From positions 11,277,892 through 11,341,891 of the forward strand of contig OZ316894.1 of the NCBI GenBank assembly GCA_973895155.1: DNA of 64,000 nucleotides, read 5' to 3'. The notes beneath the pieces were generated by a model, which did no database searches, was not told the DNA's origin, and saw nothing but the letters and a program-made list of their open reading frames with translations. Source of the stretch: Marsupella aquatica (Eukaryota > Plantae > Marchantiophyta). Both the position numbers and the translations under genes were made by a program. Positions 51,306 to 64,000 of this stretch are shown here, piece by piece (the first letter of the stretch is position 1; every line of letters begins with the position of its first letter).

Positions 51306-54300
51306 TCACATTTGGCTCACACAAATTCCTTCTTTCACTCGTATCACAATTCACTCCCGGGCCCAAAGAAAAACCCCCATAACACGATCAAATGCCCACA
51401 GCCAAACCACCAGAGAAAACCGTCACAAAAAGTCTCACGTTTCCGGCAATTATCCCCCAAATCCTTGTTTCCCCCTAGCCCAAACGGCCACCGTGTCACA
51501 ATTGGCTCCACCCCTATCACCAGGGCACCCCGATGCTGCCGTCACAAATGCTTCCGAAGCAAGCATTCAATCCTCCAACACAACTCAATGCCGAGCTCAA
51601 GGAAAAGAACTAGAGAGAAAAAAAACTCTGGGAAAGTTGGAGAACCAGGGTACTGTTTACAAAGGAAGTAGTTTTGAGGGAAGCTTTCGGCATCTCAAGG
51701 GAAGCGCAAAAAAAATCAAGGGGGAAGAAAAAGGGTGTGGCTTCCCTAAGGGCGCAAGCCCCCCTTTAAGTATACCCCGGGCGCCAGGTGCTGTCCACTG
51801 CCCTCTCCCGGCTACGTACTCACCCGAGTATTGGGGAGTATCTTCTTCCCCCCCCCCCCCTTGGCATTTGCGTATCTGCCCCCCCCCGTGAGTCGGGGCT
51901 TAATTTGCCCCTTCACCTGCCTCCCCGAAGCTTCCCAGCTCCTCCTCCGCGCAAAGCGCTTTGCGGCTGTGACCGCGTTCTGCGGGCGGCACGCGGCCCT
52001 ATACAGGGCTCGCGACCGCGACTCCTTTGCCCGGGTAGCCCTCCTCATCTCGGCAGCGCTTCGCTTCACCTGCCTCCCGGGAGCCCCTTATGGTCCCGGC
52101 AGCCTCCTTCGGACCAGCAGCTTCGCTCTGCGCCCTGGCCAAATCTCCCGTCTTGCCACTCCCGGGGTTGCGCATTGCACGCGGCCCTATGCAGGGCTCG
52201 CGCTCATTTTTGGGGGATTTAATCCCCCTTTTCCCTTGTCATTTTCTCCCCGTGCGCCTGGGCAGTCTTGCGCCCCGGCTTCTGCCGTGCCTCCCGGCAG
52301 TCTTGCGTCCCGGCAGCACCTCGCGGCTGCCTCCTTTACTCCCCGGCTCTCCTCCCTATGCAGGGGGGCTCGCATGCTCCCGGCGTGCCACCTCGCGCTG
52401 GCAGCCTTTTCTTTGCCCTCGGCAGCCTCCTTATGGCCCTGGCAGCCCTTTTTACGGAGGCTCGCCTCATCCTGGCCTCGCCCCCCTTTTTAGACAGCGC
52501 CATGCGGCAAGAAGAGGGCCCGAGGCTTCCCCCAAGGCTGGGGAGTTTAATTCCTCCTCGTCCCTGCACACAGCCCTATAATGGAGAGCACGTCTCCTTA
52601 CTCCCCGGCTCGCTTCCTCGCCCCCGGCTGCCTTAAAACGAGAGGTTTTAAACCCCTCTAAAGCCTCCCTAAGGGACAGAAAAAACCTTCTACAAAGGCT
52701 TGCATAGCCACTCCCTCTTAGCTACTCTTCCGCATCCAGCCCCTCTCCAATATTACCCAGGGCCTGGAACAACTGCCGGGGTCTCCAAATATTACTTGGT
52801 GGTACCCCACAATAAGAATCGCTATTTTATTCTCCCACAACGACAAGACCCAAGAGAGCAAAGGGTCAATTAAAAAAATTAGTTCCTCCCGGGTTCAAAT
52901 TGCTCCGGCCCTCCAGAGCAACATGAACACACACCGGGATGAATAACTTTTAAGAAATTAAAAAAATTAAAAACTCTTGTATATATTGGCTTATTTATTT
53001 ACATGCATCTTGCCAATAACACCTAACGGTGACTTTTCAAGATGGGACCCCGTCACACAAAGGGTTAGGTAAGTACATTCCCTTGGTAACCCTTTGTCCA
53101 TAGTAGCTAAAGGGTAATTTTGGTTTTCCCTTGGAATTCATTTATGCATATATTAGTCTCATAGGGTCTGTTAATACATGTTCCCTTCAATTTCTCTGTC
53201 CATGGTAGTCAAAGTGTTTTGAAATTTTCCTTGGAATATTTTGTGAAATTTCCAAGAACTGAATTATTTTAAAAATCAAAACAAGTGTGGAATAAGCTTT
53301 TTATTGTCCTTTGACTCAAAATGGTCTGACCCTAGCATGCTTGTTGGCTTTTTGAGCATTTAGGTCGGCAGTAGTACAAAGGCCACAGAATGGAAATTCT
53401 TGGAACCTAGTTTGCAGCAAATGAAACACCCAAAGCTACTGTACAGCCCCAACTGCAGTTCAGTACACTGTTTACCATAATTAGTATCATAACCTATTTA
53501 GTCTCCCTGCTTAAATACTCTCACACACACTAATAAGGATGTGACTACAAATCTCAAAAAAATAATTATAGAAATTAAGTAGGTTCCTTATTAGTCTCAT
53601 ATGGATTAATAAAAAATGAAACTAAGAAAAGACCTCAATGGATTTCGAAGTTGAAAATGACAATCCAGATCATAATATAATGAATCTGAACATGACAGTT
53701 CAATCTAACTCCATTTCCAGATCTAGATTGAAGTAGTACAAGCACCAAGTTTAGTCTACTGTATATAATTCATTCTAGTTTGATTTTGATTGCATTCAAA
53801 ATCTGCTTTTCAATTCATCATACCATAATAAAGTTTGAATTTTAATTGGCCTTCATTTTTTATTTTATATGAAAATAAGTATTACTATTGGAACAATTTA
53901 TATTTTTTATAAATTACACACATCAATTCACATTTCATCACAAATTATTTGCGTGTCACGAGAAATAATTTCAATCACTTTAATTTAGAATGACAGATAT
54001 CTAATCTCACACAGATTAATTATGTTTATTAACTTCTTATACAGCCTCAAATACATTAATTATGGTGACTAATTAAGATAATCAGTGCTTTCTGTAATCT
54101 AATCTGAAGAATGTGGTACTTTCCAAACTACCAACACTCCAGCATGCAAAGAAAACGATGATCTGCATGGTGGCGGCTCTGTGGCTCTGTCTGAGCGCAG
54201 AAGGATACGAATCCTATTCAATTCCATCGTAGAAAAAGCGTGGCACCATGTGCTACCCTATCCTCCTGGCCAAATGAAGTCGCACGGGCGTCTCGTGCGT

Positions 54301-54470
54301 TTCCTACGGACTGTCGAGATAGTAAATCCGAGTTAACGTGTAGGTTCGATCATCCAGATAAGCACAAGTTTAAGGGGCTAGCTACACATAGTCTACGGGA
54401 CTTACCGATGCTGCATGGACGCAGTTGTCTTCCCAATTGCATGCTGAATTGCTGCTAGACTTCGTATCAT

Positions 54471-54670
54471 GGGCTGGCCTGCGTAGTCCAGGGTGATGAA
54501 AGAATGAAATGAATTTCTCTAGACGACAAGAATGTTGCGATTTCTCCTGAATTGCATGCGTCTCCTGCTCACGGGCTGGCCTGGGTAGTTGAGCATGGTG
54601 AATGAAGGAATGAATTTCTCTCGACGACAACAATGTTGCGATTTCTCCTGAATTGCATGCGTTTCCTGCT
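54471..54670. repeat. ~103-bp tandem duplication
   Basis: gggctggcctg..aatgaatttctct..gacgacaa..atgttgcgatttctcctgaattgcatgcgt occurs twice. Confidence 0.85.
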
Positions 54671-57600
54671 TACCGACCCGAATCAAACAGATGCACTGCA
54701 TGTCTCGATACCTTTGAGGATTGCTGGTATATTGAAAAAGAATCGGCTGTAAAGATTTGAACGCATTCCATCGTGGTGTATTGAAAATGAACGAGGTCGA
54801 AGGACCTGCCTACGCTTTGTCCCCTTGGCAAGGCTTCCTCTTTCCCAATTTTAAACAGGACCGACTAACTTATGTATGCTCTTCATCGACAGCGACGAAC
54901 ACCTTCACATTCGCGCCAGAGAGAGAAATAATACTGCGAAACTTTCACTCTCGACATAGGGATGATTGGATAGTTGCATGCATGGAATAAAGACGAAAGA
55001 CGGAACGACGTAGCTTGCGAAAGGACGAATCACAGAAACGATCCACGATCCCCCTGGGGGTGAACAGCTGAGATCCGCTCGAGGAGGAGTGTCTGCAATT
55101 GCACAATAATAAATATTTGATTGATTGACAAAGTTTTATGTTTAACGTGTGTCGTGGGTAGTGGGTACCATTTGCACGAACCGTGGCTAAAATAAGACCG
55201 GCACCAAAAATCTAGGGCATCCCCACATTTAATATTGTTGCTTGTGTTGGACGACGCTGTAATTAAGAATGAATTTCATTGTCTTCCTGGTCTGGATCTG
55301 GACCTGGACGACATTTCCAGCCAGCAAGAAGAGCACAGGACGATCCGACTTGGCTGTTTCCTATCATCATCCTACCTACTATACCGGCACCACCAGTCTG
55401 GACCGTATTTTGGAGATTATGATCGAGCCATTCACCAGGCAGTCGTCCTCGTAGGGAAGTAAGAATGTTCCTGCCTGACTAAAATTAGGGGTGTTTCACA
55501 GATGCTTTTGGTCGAAGCGAGAATGTTCCTGCTATCGTAGCCAGATGACCAAATCTGTTCATCCTGCTTTGCAGTACAACTTGTGGACTGCATGGATCTC
55601 ACAAAGTTCCTCAACTTCGTGCGGAGTTTTCCCGAGTGATCATAGCGTTGCACTTGACTATACCATCTGGTCACGGTATACAAGGCTTGTCCAGGTGTTG
55701 AAAATCACCTTGAGTGAAGCTGAAGATGCTAAGAAGATTCCTTATATAATTTCCCTAGACTAGTGTCTGACCCTTACATGTCCCTAGGTGTAAGGATAAA
55801 CATAAGACTCTGGCTAATGGGGTCTGTGCCTAGGAGGGAAACTAGTTGCTGGAAAGACAAAGAGCCTGCAAAGATTTTGAATACTACTCCATGAGGCCCA
55901 ATTTGGTGGATTTTGCCACTAAAACAAAAGCTGTCGATTACCTCAAATAGTATAGCTGACATCCAAATTATTGTTACGAGCACTAGCTAATTGACGAGTA
56001 ATGGTTCTAGACCAAAAGTAACGTTAACTCCTGTCCGTTCCATAGACTGAATTTCCCTGGAAAACTTGCACCTTCTGGCTGTTACAAGCTTGATATTGAG
56101 GGAGCAGGAACTGGAAGCTGGCCTCTCACGGGGTTGGAAGACCTTAAAAAGAGCAATAGCCATTTCAGGATCAAACCAAGGAGCTCTCCTGATTCGATCA
56201 GCTCCTTCGTCCTCTCAGCTCCCTCCTCACCCACTCCATCGTACGGCCACATTTTCCCAAACTCATTTTTGAAGCAAACTCCTGGAACTATTGCCTTGCC
56301 TACCATCAGTCGTCTTGAGAATAAATAATATGAGGAAAGAGCTTTGCTTAAGAATACAAATGTAACCTACTGCAGTGCTGGTAGAGTTATCTACGAAGGC
56401 CCAGTTGTGGGCCTTGACTGTGCTAAAATCTACAACTTCCTATATTCCAACAAACAAAAGCAATGAGTGGGTCTGCCATGTGGTCCTCTCTTAGGTGGGG
56501 ACACAAAAGCCTCATCATTGGCTTCCAACCATTTCCTTCTTAGTCTTTTGGGGAGGGTGTTAGACAATTATGCCTAGGTCTAGAGTGATGACAATAACCA
56601 TAGTCACAGACTTGGTTAGACTAGTTGTGTTGCATCCTATCTACCCAAGCAGTGTTTTTCTTATAGAGCAAAAACTCAGGCTCATTGTTATGGAGATAGG
56701 GGCCCAAGACTTGATATGGCCGATGGGCCTAGACTGTAGTAAATATCTCGTTTGTCGTCGTTGATGTAGACTCATTGGAGATAAAGCACATCTCTCTGTG
56801 ATGACTACTTATTTGTTAAATGGTCATATCCATGCCTTTGCTTAGTCATATCTTGCTCAACAGAGGGGGTGATGTAATGATAATCAAACCGGAGCAGCCC
56901 GTCCACAAACTGGCTGGACTACTTGGGTGCGTGGAAATCCTTAAATTTATATCCGAGACCTAAGCTATGGACTCTTTCGGGAGCGGAAATAGCGCCCACC
57001 TTCCAGCTGGACTACTTGGGTGCGTTCCAATCTACCACTAAGGAAAGGAAAACAACCTTGGAGGCTGAAATGACAAGCCAGGGAAAAAAAGAGCGGGGTC
57101 TTAAGAAGTTGCTGACAAACAATCCTTGCAAGCAGATTATGACAGCAGTGAGGAAGGACCCTGTCTAAATAGGAGGCCAAGTAAATTTGACAATGAACAT
57201 GTCAGCGACAAGCAGCACTATATTCTCCTTAGTCAATGTTAATTAATGACTTTTCAAGGAAACCAAAACGGGAAACAACCCAAGCTGGAATGCATGCAAG
57301 CTGCAAAAGACTTCAGGGCTTCCGAGACTACAATCTAGAAAGAACTATTGATCCCCTTTTGCCATGTAAATGTTTGCTAAGATGGCCTGTGGATTCTATG
57401 TAGATAAATTGTTGACAGTTGAGATATGTTGGTCACCCATCATTTCTACATGCTAGACACGGGGCTAGACAACAAGGCCAATTGCTAGGGCCCCTAAATT
57501 CTAACTTGAGCTTCTTCATGTATGAAATGCAGGCGTACTTGGGGGCAATGCTGCATTGCAACATGTTGTGTAGGTAGGTGTGTAGGTACAGTGGGAGCAG

Positions 57601-59829
57601 GGCTATACCGGGCCAATAATAGAGGGGGTTTCCTGGGGAGGGGAGATAAAAGAGGTGATGAAAATGGGGGAAGGGCGGGCAGGAATATGGCAGAGAAAGA
57701 GGGGGGAAAATAAAGGGTTTGAATGGAATCTAAGATAGAGAAACTGTCCCGCCAATGTTTACAGGAAGAATGGAGCTTAGTACATATTTTGCCCTAAAGA
57801 ACCTTTTTGGGTGGAGCCATTGAGTTAAGGTTGAACTGAAATATCAAGTTGGCCATGATGGTTTCTTTCTTGAAAATGACAATCATACTTGGTTTAATCA
57901 TTGTTTTTGGTGATCGACATAAATTTTGGAAGCTGTGTATAATACGATGAGGCAGTCTCCATGGACTGTTTGTTATGAACCCAATAATGCACCATATGTG
58001 TGGTAGGAACTAAGTCTATGTTGGAAATCTATAACCTTCACTGTTCCCGAGTGAACCACGTAGCAAGGTCCCAGAGAGTAATTTGTCTACAAGCCCCGAA
58101 ACCAAGAGCCACAGCCTTATCAAGAACAGTGAATGCCCCAGCTCTCGATAATCCACCATGCAAACTTGTGAGGTCCATCGAGGCTTCAACTTGGTGTTGA
58201 GACTAAAGTTGGTAGAAGAAAATTCCAAGTTTGGATGCAAAAGAGGTTATGTTTTCGTCAAACCATAACTGCCTCTATGAAAGGGGCCTGTTACCAGTCA
58301 CCTGCTCATTTGCTTAGTTGATCAATAGACCTACCCCCTCCCCCACTCGCTTCCCACCATAGGACCTTTCTACCCTTAGAACATTTTTTAATTTCTCAAA
58401 AAGATTATCAACTATTTTTAGATGTGTTCTTCATCGGAAGGTCGGAACATACTGTAGATGTGGATCACATCCAGATTTTGTATAGGTCGCCCCCTACGGT
58501 GATTGATGAGACACGACTGATATTACACGAAAGTAAATTGTGCTCCTTCGTAGATAAGATTGTATTGTATGTGCAATAATCATTGCGATTTACCCGGAAC
58601 TTTATACACGAACTTGAGGTTTAAAATACTACTTATACAACATATTGCCTTGTGTTTCTTTAAATCATGGGATCTGAAAGTGAGATTAGATAAAGTTATT
58701 TAATTTCAAAATGTCTTTGTGTGGTACGATACCAACTACAGAAGCTTGCATGTGGGAACAAATCCCAACCAGGTTATTCCTCGTCAGTATTTCTCCACGT
58801 GTGCTCTCATAGAATCTGTTGGGGTGGTGCCCAAGTGGCAACCCTGGAAATGCAACATTTGAAGGATTAGAAGCTTGGAATGAATGCAAACACAATCATT
58901 CCACTTGGTACCGTGGGCCCGTTAACTGAAATCATGACAACCACAGAGGCCCCACTGTAGACTTTAAAATGCCAATGCTCTATCAACAAGACAAAAATTC
59001 AAACACCCATCAAAAAATTGCCATAAACCAATCCAAAAAGTAGGTTTAAAGGAGCTTTACAAGAACTCAAGGGCACAAATTTACTCCTCATCCATTTCTT
59101 CATCGATTGCAAACGTGAGATTCATTATATCCACTAAAGTTAAAATCACCTACTGTACAAGCTGAAATGCATGCTCCAAATTGTGTCAGGTTTGAGGAAA
59201 AAAAACACAAGGTACTTTAAAAAATGGATCGAGTAGTCCATTATTTTAGTAAAACACTGTCTCTCAAGATAAGACCTTAAAGACAAAATATGGATATTAT
59301 TTTACTATAAATATTTTTGCATGCTATGAGACGTACAAACTTCAACAAGAAATTTCAAGCACGCATATTGAAATACACAATTTTTGTAGGTCTTCTCTCA
59401 CTATCACACAAACTGAAACCAGGTTTAGTGTTTTTGTGTCATCTACTAGGAATTGTTGTACAGTCAGACAGTGAAAGTTACAATCCAAAACTTATCATGA
59501 GATTGCAGTCAACATGCTTAGCAAAGGCCAACTGTTCAGATTACTCTACATTTAGACAGTTCGACTACAGATAGTCATCTACTGTACTATTCTGGTTTAT
59601 TTTTGGGTCCTGCTTCACATGGTCAAGAATTAATTTTTTTAAGCTAAGCTCCTTCAATTCTTGAGAGGCTCACAAAATTATAAAATCAAACTGTCTCTCA
59701 AAGGGACTGTGACGCGTGTCCCGCCACCTGTGATAGTCTACCTGTTCCCACAGTGTGGAAAACATGTCCTGGAAAAATACAGTAGGGGTGCAAAAACTAC
59801 TGACGTCCCTTTGGGATGCAGGCGGAAAG

Positions 59830-60044
59830 CTTAAACCACACCTGCCCCTATAAAGGGCTACGGGTAACCCGTAGCTCTCATTCTAAAGAGTACAAGTTCA
59901 GAAATGGGTTTTGAGCTCCACAAAAGGTGCTGACTGCAAAACCTTTTTTTGGCAAGTACTTCACAAAAGGTGCTAGGTTTCCACCTTTTATGGTGAGTAG
60001 TGAGACATGGAATGAGGCTTTTATAGTGGCAGGTGTGGTTTAAG
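59830..60044. mobile_element. MITE-like element, 215 bp
   Basis: Termini CTTAAACCACACCTGCC(C/A)CTATAAA in inverted orientation (25 bp, one mismatch); the TTAA/TAA at both ends could be a TSD. Confidence 0.7.
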
Positions 60045-61090
60045 ATTGCAAGAGTTGTTGGCATCTTTTTGTGCCTGACAAAGTTTTCCCTTCACCTTGA
60101 ACATCACAGTTCAAGACTAGGTCACAGTTCAAAGACGAGTCCAAGGCTCTTTATGTTTCATGGAATGGAGACCCAAAATCCTTGGTTACGGCACTTTGGG
60201 AATCTCCCCTAGGAAGTCTTATGGGCGTGTGTTTTCAAAGTGGCATGGCTAGATTCCACCCCTCTAAAATAAATTTGTCATTTTTAGTAAAGATTCAGTA
60301 GATTTTCTGTCACCATCAGCAGCCAGTTTTCCACTTAGCCACAGACCATATTACAACAATCTGACTGTCTTCCTTAAATATAGGAAGATCTGAGTCGAGG
60401 GAAATGTTATATTACCATCCAAACTATATCACATTGTTCACCTTAATTATTGTTATTTACACAAATTCAAGAGCAACAATTTTCACTGTCTATTTGTGAA
60501 TCAATGTTAATCACATATTTTGTCATTACACTAATTCCTCAAACATGAATTAGTGTTACTGTGGTCTCTAGAGGGGAAAAACAGAGGGGGGAAAGACCAG
60601 TTTGAAATATAGCTCAAAACATATGCAAGAATCAGTGTTACTTTGCACTCACAATCACCCATTTTTTACTAACAGCTTAAACAGAAGTGGAAAAACCTAT
60701 TCTAGAAAGTAGACAAAAGTTAGTGTTACTTTGACTCAAAATCATACCAAAATCTGGGATGGATGGAGACTTTGTCCCTGCCCATCCCCATGGACTGCAT
60801 AAAGGCATCAGTCATTTTTACCACCCCCACAAAAAGGAACCGGTTGCGGATCATTGTTGATGACTTTGACTACCTTGGGGAGAAAGTAGTCAAGATCTCA
60901 GGTCATAATTATTTTTAAATGGCCTTTGTTCAGTGTAATGCTGTCTACATGGGTCACCTAAAAACCAGTCTTCCTGAGTAATGGCATGATGTCTTGACGG
61001 CTTTTGGTTCAAGGTTGTCTTGACATAGTTTTGGTTCCAGGTCATCAAGTTGTCAATTTACCAAGGAGACTGGTTTGATAATGTTAGTGA

Positions 61091-61170
61091 TGTTGAGCAT
61101 AGACGACATTCGTAACGGCAAGTCCATGAACCATCTAACGCACAAGAGTCGACACAAAGAGATACGTGGT
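61091..61170. mobile_element. Truncated LTR fragment of the same family as 28703-29047
   Basis: tgttgagcatagacgac..aacggcaag.ccatgaaccatc.aacgcacaa.agtc.acaca.agagatacgtggt matches the first 80 bp of the solo LTR. Confidence 0.85.
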
Positions 61171-62030
61171 AAGGCCAACGTTGTGGTACAAGAAAGCATC
61201 ATAATAAGGCCACATTTCCTCCAAAGACCACAGTAAAATCACACCAGGTTAAATCAACACCGCATTAAGGCTCCCTAACCTTCTTGGGGCCCCGTACCCT
61301 ATCCGTCACTAATCCCAATGCTGCTGCCTGCAAGCCCGCGCATCCGTCAATCACCGTTCTGGCGCACTTGAAACGTATTAGCCCCGATCGGCGACGAACG
61401 GAAAATTTCCGTCCATTTCAAATTTCATGGCCTTTAGGGCGCGGGACATGCTTACCCGGCCTCCAGTCCACCTCTGTTTTTGTCACATGTTCTCATTCTC
61501 AGTTGTTATCATTGTGGTCCCGCTGCTGGAAATACTCAATGTGCAGCGTTGTGCGTTCTGTCGTCATATCATTTTCTAGCGCGCGCGAGCATTCTGCCCG
61601 AAGTTTGCAGAGTCTTGAGCTCTTGTTTCTTGTCTCCCATCCGCACTATCAAATGCGATTCGGCCTTTTCAGTTAAGATTGTCAGTGTTTTTCCACTGTG
61701 CATATATGTTTTTACTTTTTCTTCACCACGGATTATGTTAACAATGTCTTTCGTATTAAGTTCTAATTTGTTTCACTAAGCACCTCAGTAGTGTTCAGCG
61801 TTCTGTACTTGGCGCCTCTGCCCCAAGCAAGAGAAGATCAAGATCAGGTTACTGGCAACGTTGCAGTGCACTTTTTGCATGTGTGGACCCTATCACTATT
61901 GAGGAGCATTGATCGTGGGACAGATTGCCTCCGTCATCTCTTTCCATGTAAAACGTGTTAGAACAATGGTGTTTGTGTAGTCGTTCTACCAGTCCCACAC
62001 AGTTATTGGATGTGACGTACCCTAGTTGTA

Positions 62031-63956
62031 ATGGACATGACCGGGGGCGTGATTCAGGACCTACCTCCTGGGAAGTCCTCCGCATTGTCACTTGTTTGGA
62101 CTCTTAATCAAGCTATCATTCCTTGGGAACGCCTGACAGACTTTAGGGATGGGGAGGGCAGAAGAGATCCTAAATTTGAGACATCTTTTTACATTAGGAC
62201 TTCAAAGAAATCAGATTCTGAGAACACAGATTGGGTAGAGTATAAGATATTCTGGTGTTCTTATGGCCCGCAAGAACACAATGTCAATCTATGTGTTCCT
62301 CCTCTCCAAGGAACACATCCAAAGTCAGGAATTGGGAGCAGGCCACGTCTATGCAAAAAGAACTTCAACAATCACGCAAAAAGGAATTGTCAATGTCACT
62401 TCATTGCAAAGAGATTCAAGATGATCCCTGACGCTATTCAAATCACGTATAGTAATAGGTACAAACTACTTTCTGACTCAAAATGAACTTCTATGACTCT
62501 GTTCTTGCGTTCCAATTTGAGTTTTCCTTACTGTTCTGCCACCATGTACTCTTCACATCATAGTAAGTTATTTGCGATATAGTGTGTGTTCTGGCATCAA
62601 ACTTCACTAAAACTATGTGATGTTGTTACTGTTCTGTCACCAAACATCACTGAAATTGTGTGTGGTTATTACTGTTCTGGTTGCAGAATCCATTGCAACC
62701 TTAGAGGTGACATAGTGCATGGTTCTTGGGAGCATGAAATGGGGCCGCCAACATGGGAGCCAAAGTGTAGTGTTGCTCCATGGCTGACCAACGAGTTGCA
62801 AAAACACCTAGAAGACTTGTTGAGGGCAAAGTGGTCTGTCCTTGACATATATGACCTACACTGCCAGTCACAATTTGAGAGGGATGGTGATGATCGTGGC
62901 CATAATGTCACTGACATGGAAGTCACACTAAGCTTTGATGGTAGAGACGACCTTTTGTCAAAACAGGACCTGCGAAACCTGAAGAGGAAAATTGACAAAG
63001 AGTTGTGGTTATGGGATGACAATGACCAAGCCTCAATGCGGAAATGGAAATGCCTTTACCCTGAAAGAGTTTTTCTTTCCCATGAGTACTTGGAGGGACC
63101 TCCAGAGCAGGAGTTCATGCTTGGACTCCAATCACCTTGGCAGCTTGCTCAAATGACAAAGTTGTCTCATGGGTCGGTCTTGACCCTGGACTCCACATTT
63201 GCAATTAACGAATATGGGGTCAGTTCTCTTGGTCCCTTTCCTACATTATCTTTTATTCATTTTTGTGATGTTATCGTGTGTTTGAATTACCGTTCTGGTT
63301 GATTTCTATGTTGAATGACATTACTGTTTTGGTTTTTTTTGTATTGACTGACATTACTGTTCTGGCATGTAACCTTAATTACATTTGTTATGATGATAGT
63401 TTCCTTTCTTTACTCTTGTTGCATTTGATGAACACCAAATGGGACTACCCATAGCGTGGTGTATACAACAGTCAGAGTCAGCAGAACATATTGGGTTGTT
63501 TTTACAAGCTATGAAAGATAGAGCCTTGTTGACCAAACCGGATTGGAGTCCAAGTTGTTTCATCATCGACTGCGCTCAGGCTGAAGTTAGTGCCTTACAA
63601 GTAGTGTTTCCTAACATCCCAATATACTTCTGTAGTTGGCATGTCAGAAGGTATGTTTGAAACCACATACCACGGACCATTCTCATGTTTAGTTATCATC
63701 ATCACTTATAGAGTCTTTCTGTTACTGTTCTACCCATTTCACTCACAGGTACTTCCATACAGGGTTTGGAAGGAGAATCTGATCAAGAAGGTTCCCAACA
63801 GAGCCAAGCTCCTAAACATGAATGATGATCTTGGAGATTTAATGTATGCTGAGACTGAGGAAGACATGCAAGCCTTGTGGCATGCCTTCAAAATTAAATA
63901 CAACTCTGAAAAGCTATTTCTAAAGTATTTTGAGGACACTTGGATGTACAGAAGAG
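62031..63956 (+). CDS. Mutator-like (MULE) transposase, spliced, continues past the window end
   Basis: Exons 62031-62458, 62687-63218, 63400-63650 and 63763-63956 with GT-AG introns in compatible phases. Motifs: YKIFWCSYG..KRNCQCHF..H.N...VHG; LDSTFAINEYG-FPFFTLVAFDEHQMGLPIAW; FIIDCAQAEVSALQVVFP..IYFCSWHVRR. No stops seen. Confidence 0.85.
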
Positions 63957-64000
63957 GTATGTGGTTTGCTATTTGGGGTATGCCTGGCCATTTTAGTAAA

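Larger units (their letters stand above)
26841..53057. mobile_element. Retroelement-like host element (~4.8 kb once nested insertions are removed)
   Basis: Begins TGTTAC and ends GGGACCCCGTCACA; CAAAG on both sides (26836-26840, 53058-53062). One ORF spans both halves. No paired LTRs, PBS or gag/pol seen, so the left boundary is uncertain. Confidence 0.5.

Noticed and set aside
51250-52636. Many overlapping 100-220 aa ORFs
   Set aside because: GC-rich repetitive DNA poor in stop codons; no domain-like sequence in any frame.
58000-58290. Possible MULE/FAR1 N-terminal remnant (YNLHCSR..SKFGCKRGYVFVK)
   Set aside because: Too short and degenerate to support without a search.

Overview
Eukaryotic, repeat-rich land-plant-type DNA. 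GT-AG introns, a plant tRNA-Leu(CAG), a plant mitochondrial nad9 fragment and TTTAGGG motifs point to a plant; a bryophyte source is only a guess. I found no convincing ordinary host protein-coding gene. The centre of the window is a three-layer nest of mobile elements. (1) A ~4.8-kb TG..CA retroelement-like host (about 26841-53057) carries one minus-strand ORF. (2) That ORF is split by a 345-bp solo LTR. (3) It is also split by a 21,050-bp DNA transposon (29302-50351) with perfect 17-bp TIRs and a 4-bp AAGG TSD. Removing both insertions restores a 439-codon frame. The large transposon encodes a decayed Sola-like DDD transposase. Its divergent, spliced cargo comprises three F-box-like modules, a ParB-like domain joined to a degenerate amino-DNA-methyltransferase-like domain, an acidic/coiled-coil linker, a Ulp1 SUMO protease and three FCP1/NIF-type HAD domains. 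About 30 copies of a 16-bp CpG-rich palindrome (consensus ACGCGACCNGTCGCGT) lie across this element, in its tandem arrays, near both ends and in most cargo introns. I saw no full copy outside it. This suggests a transposon-encoded site-plus-protein system (parS/ParB-like or VANC-like anti-silencing); the function is inferred, not shown. Elsewhere: a second MTase-like remnant (~19.6-19.8 kb), two more copies of the LTR family, MITE/foldback structures, minisatellites and an apparently intact spliced MULE transposase running off the right end. All domain calls are by eye, without database searches.
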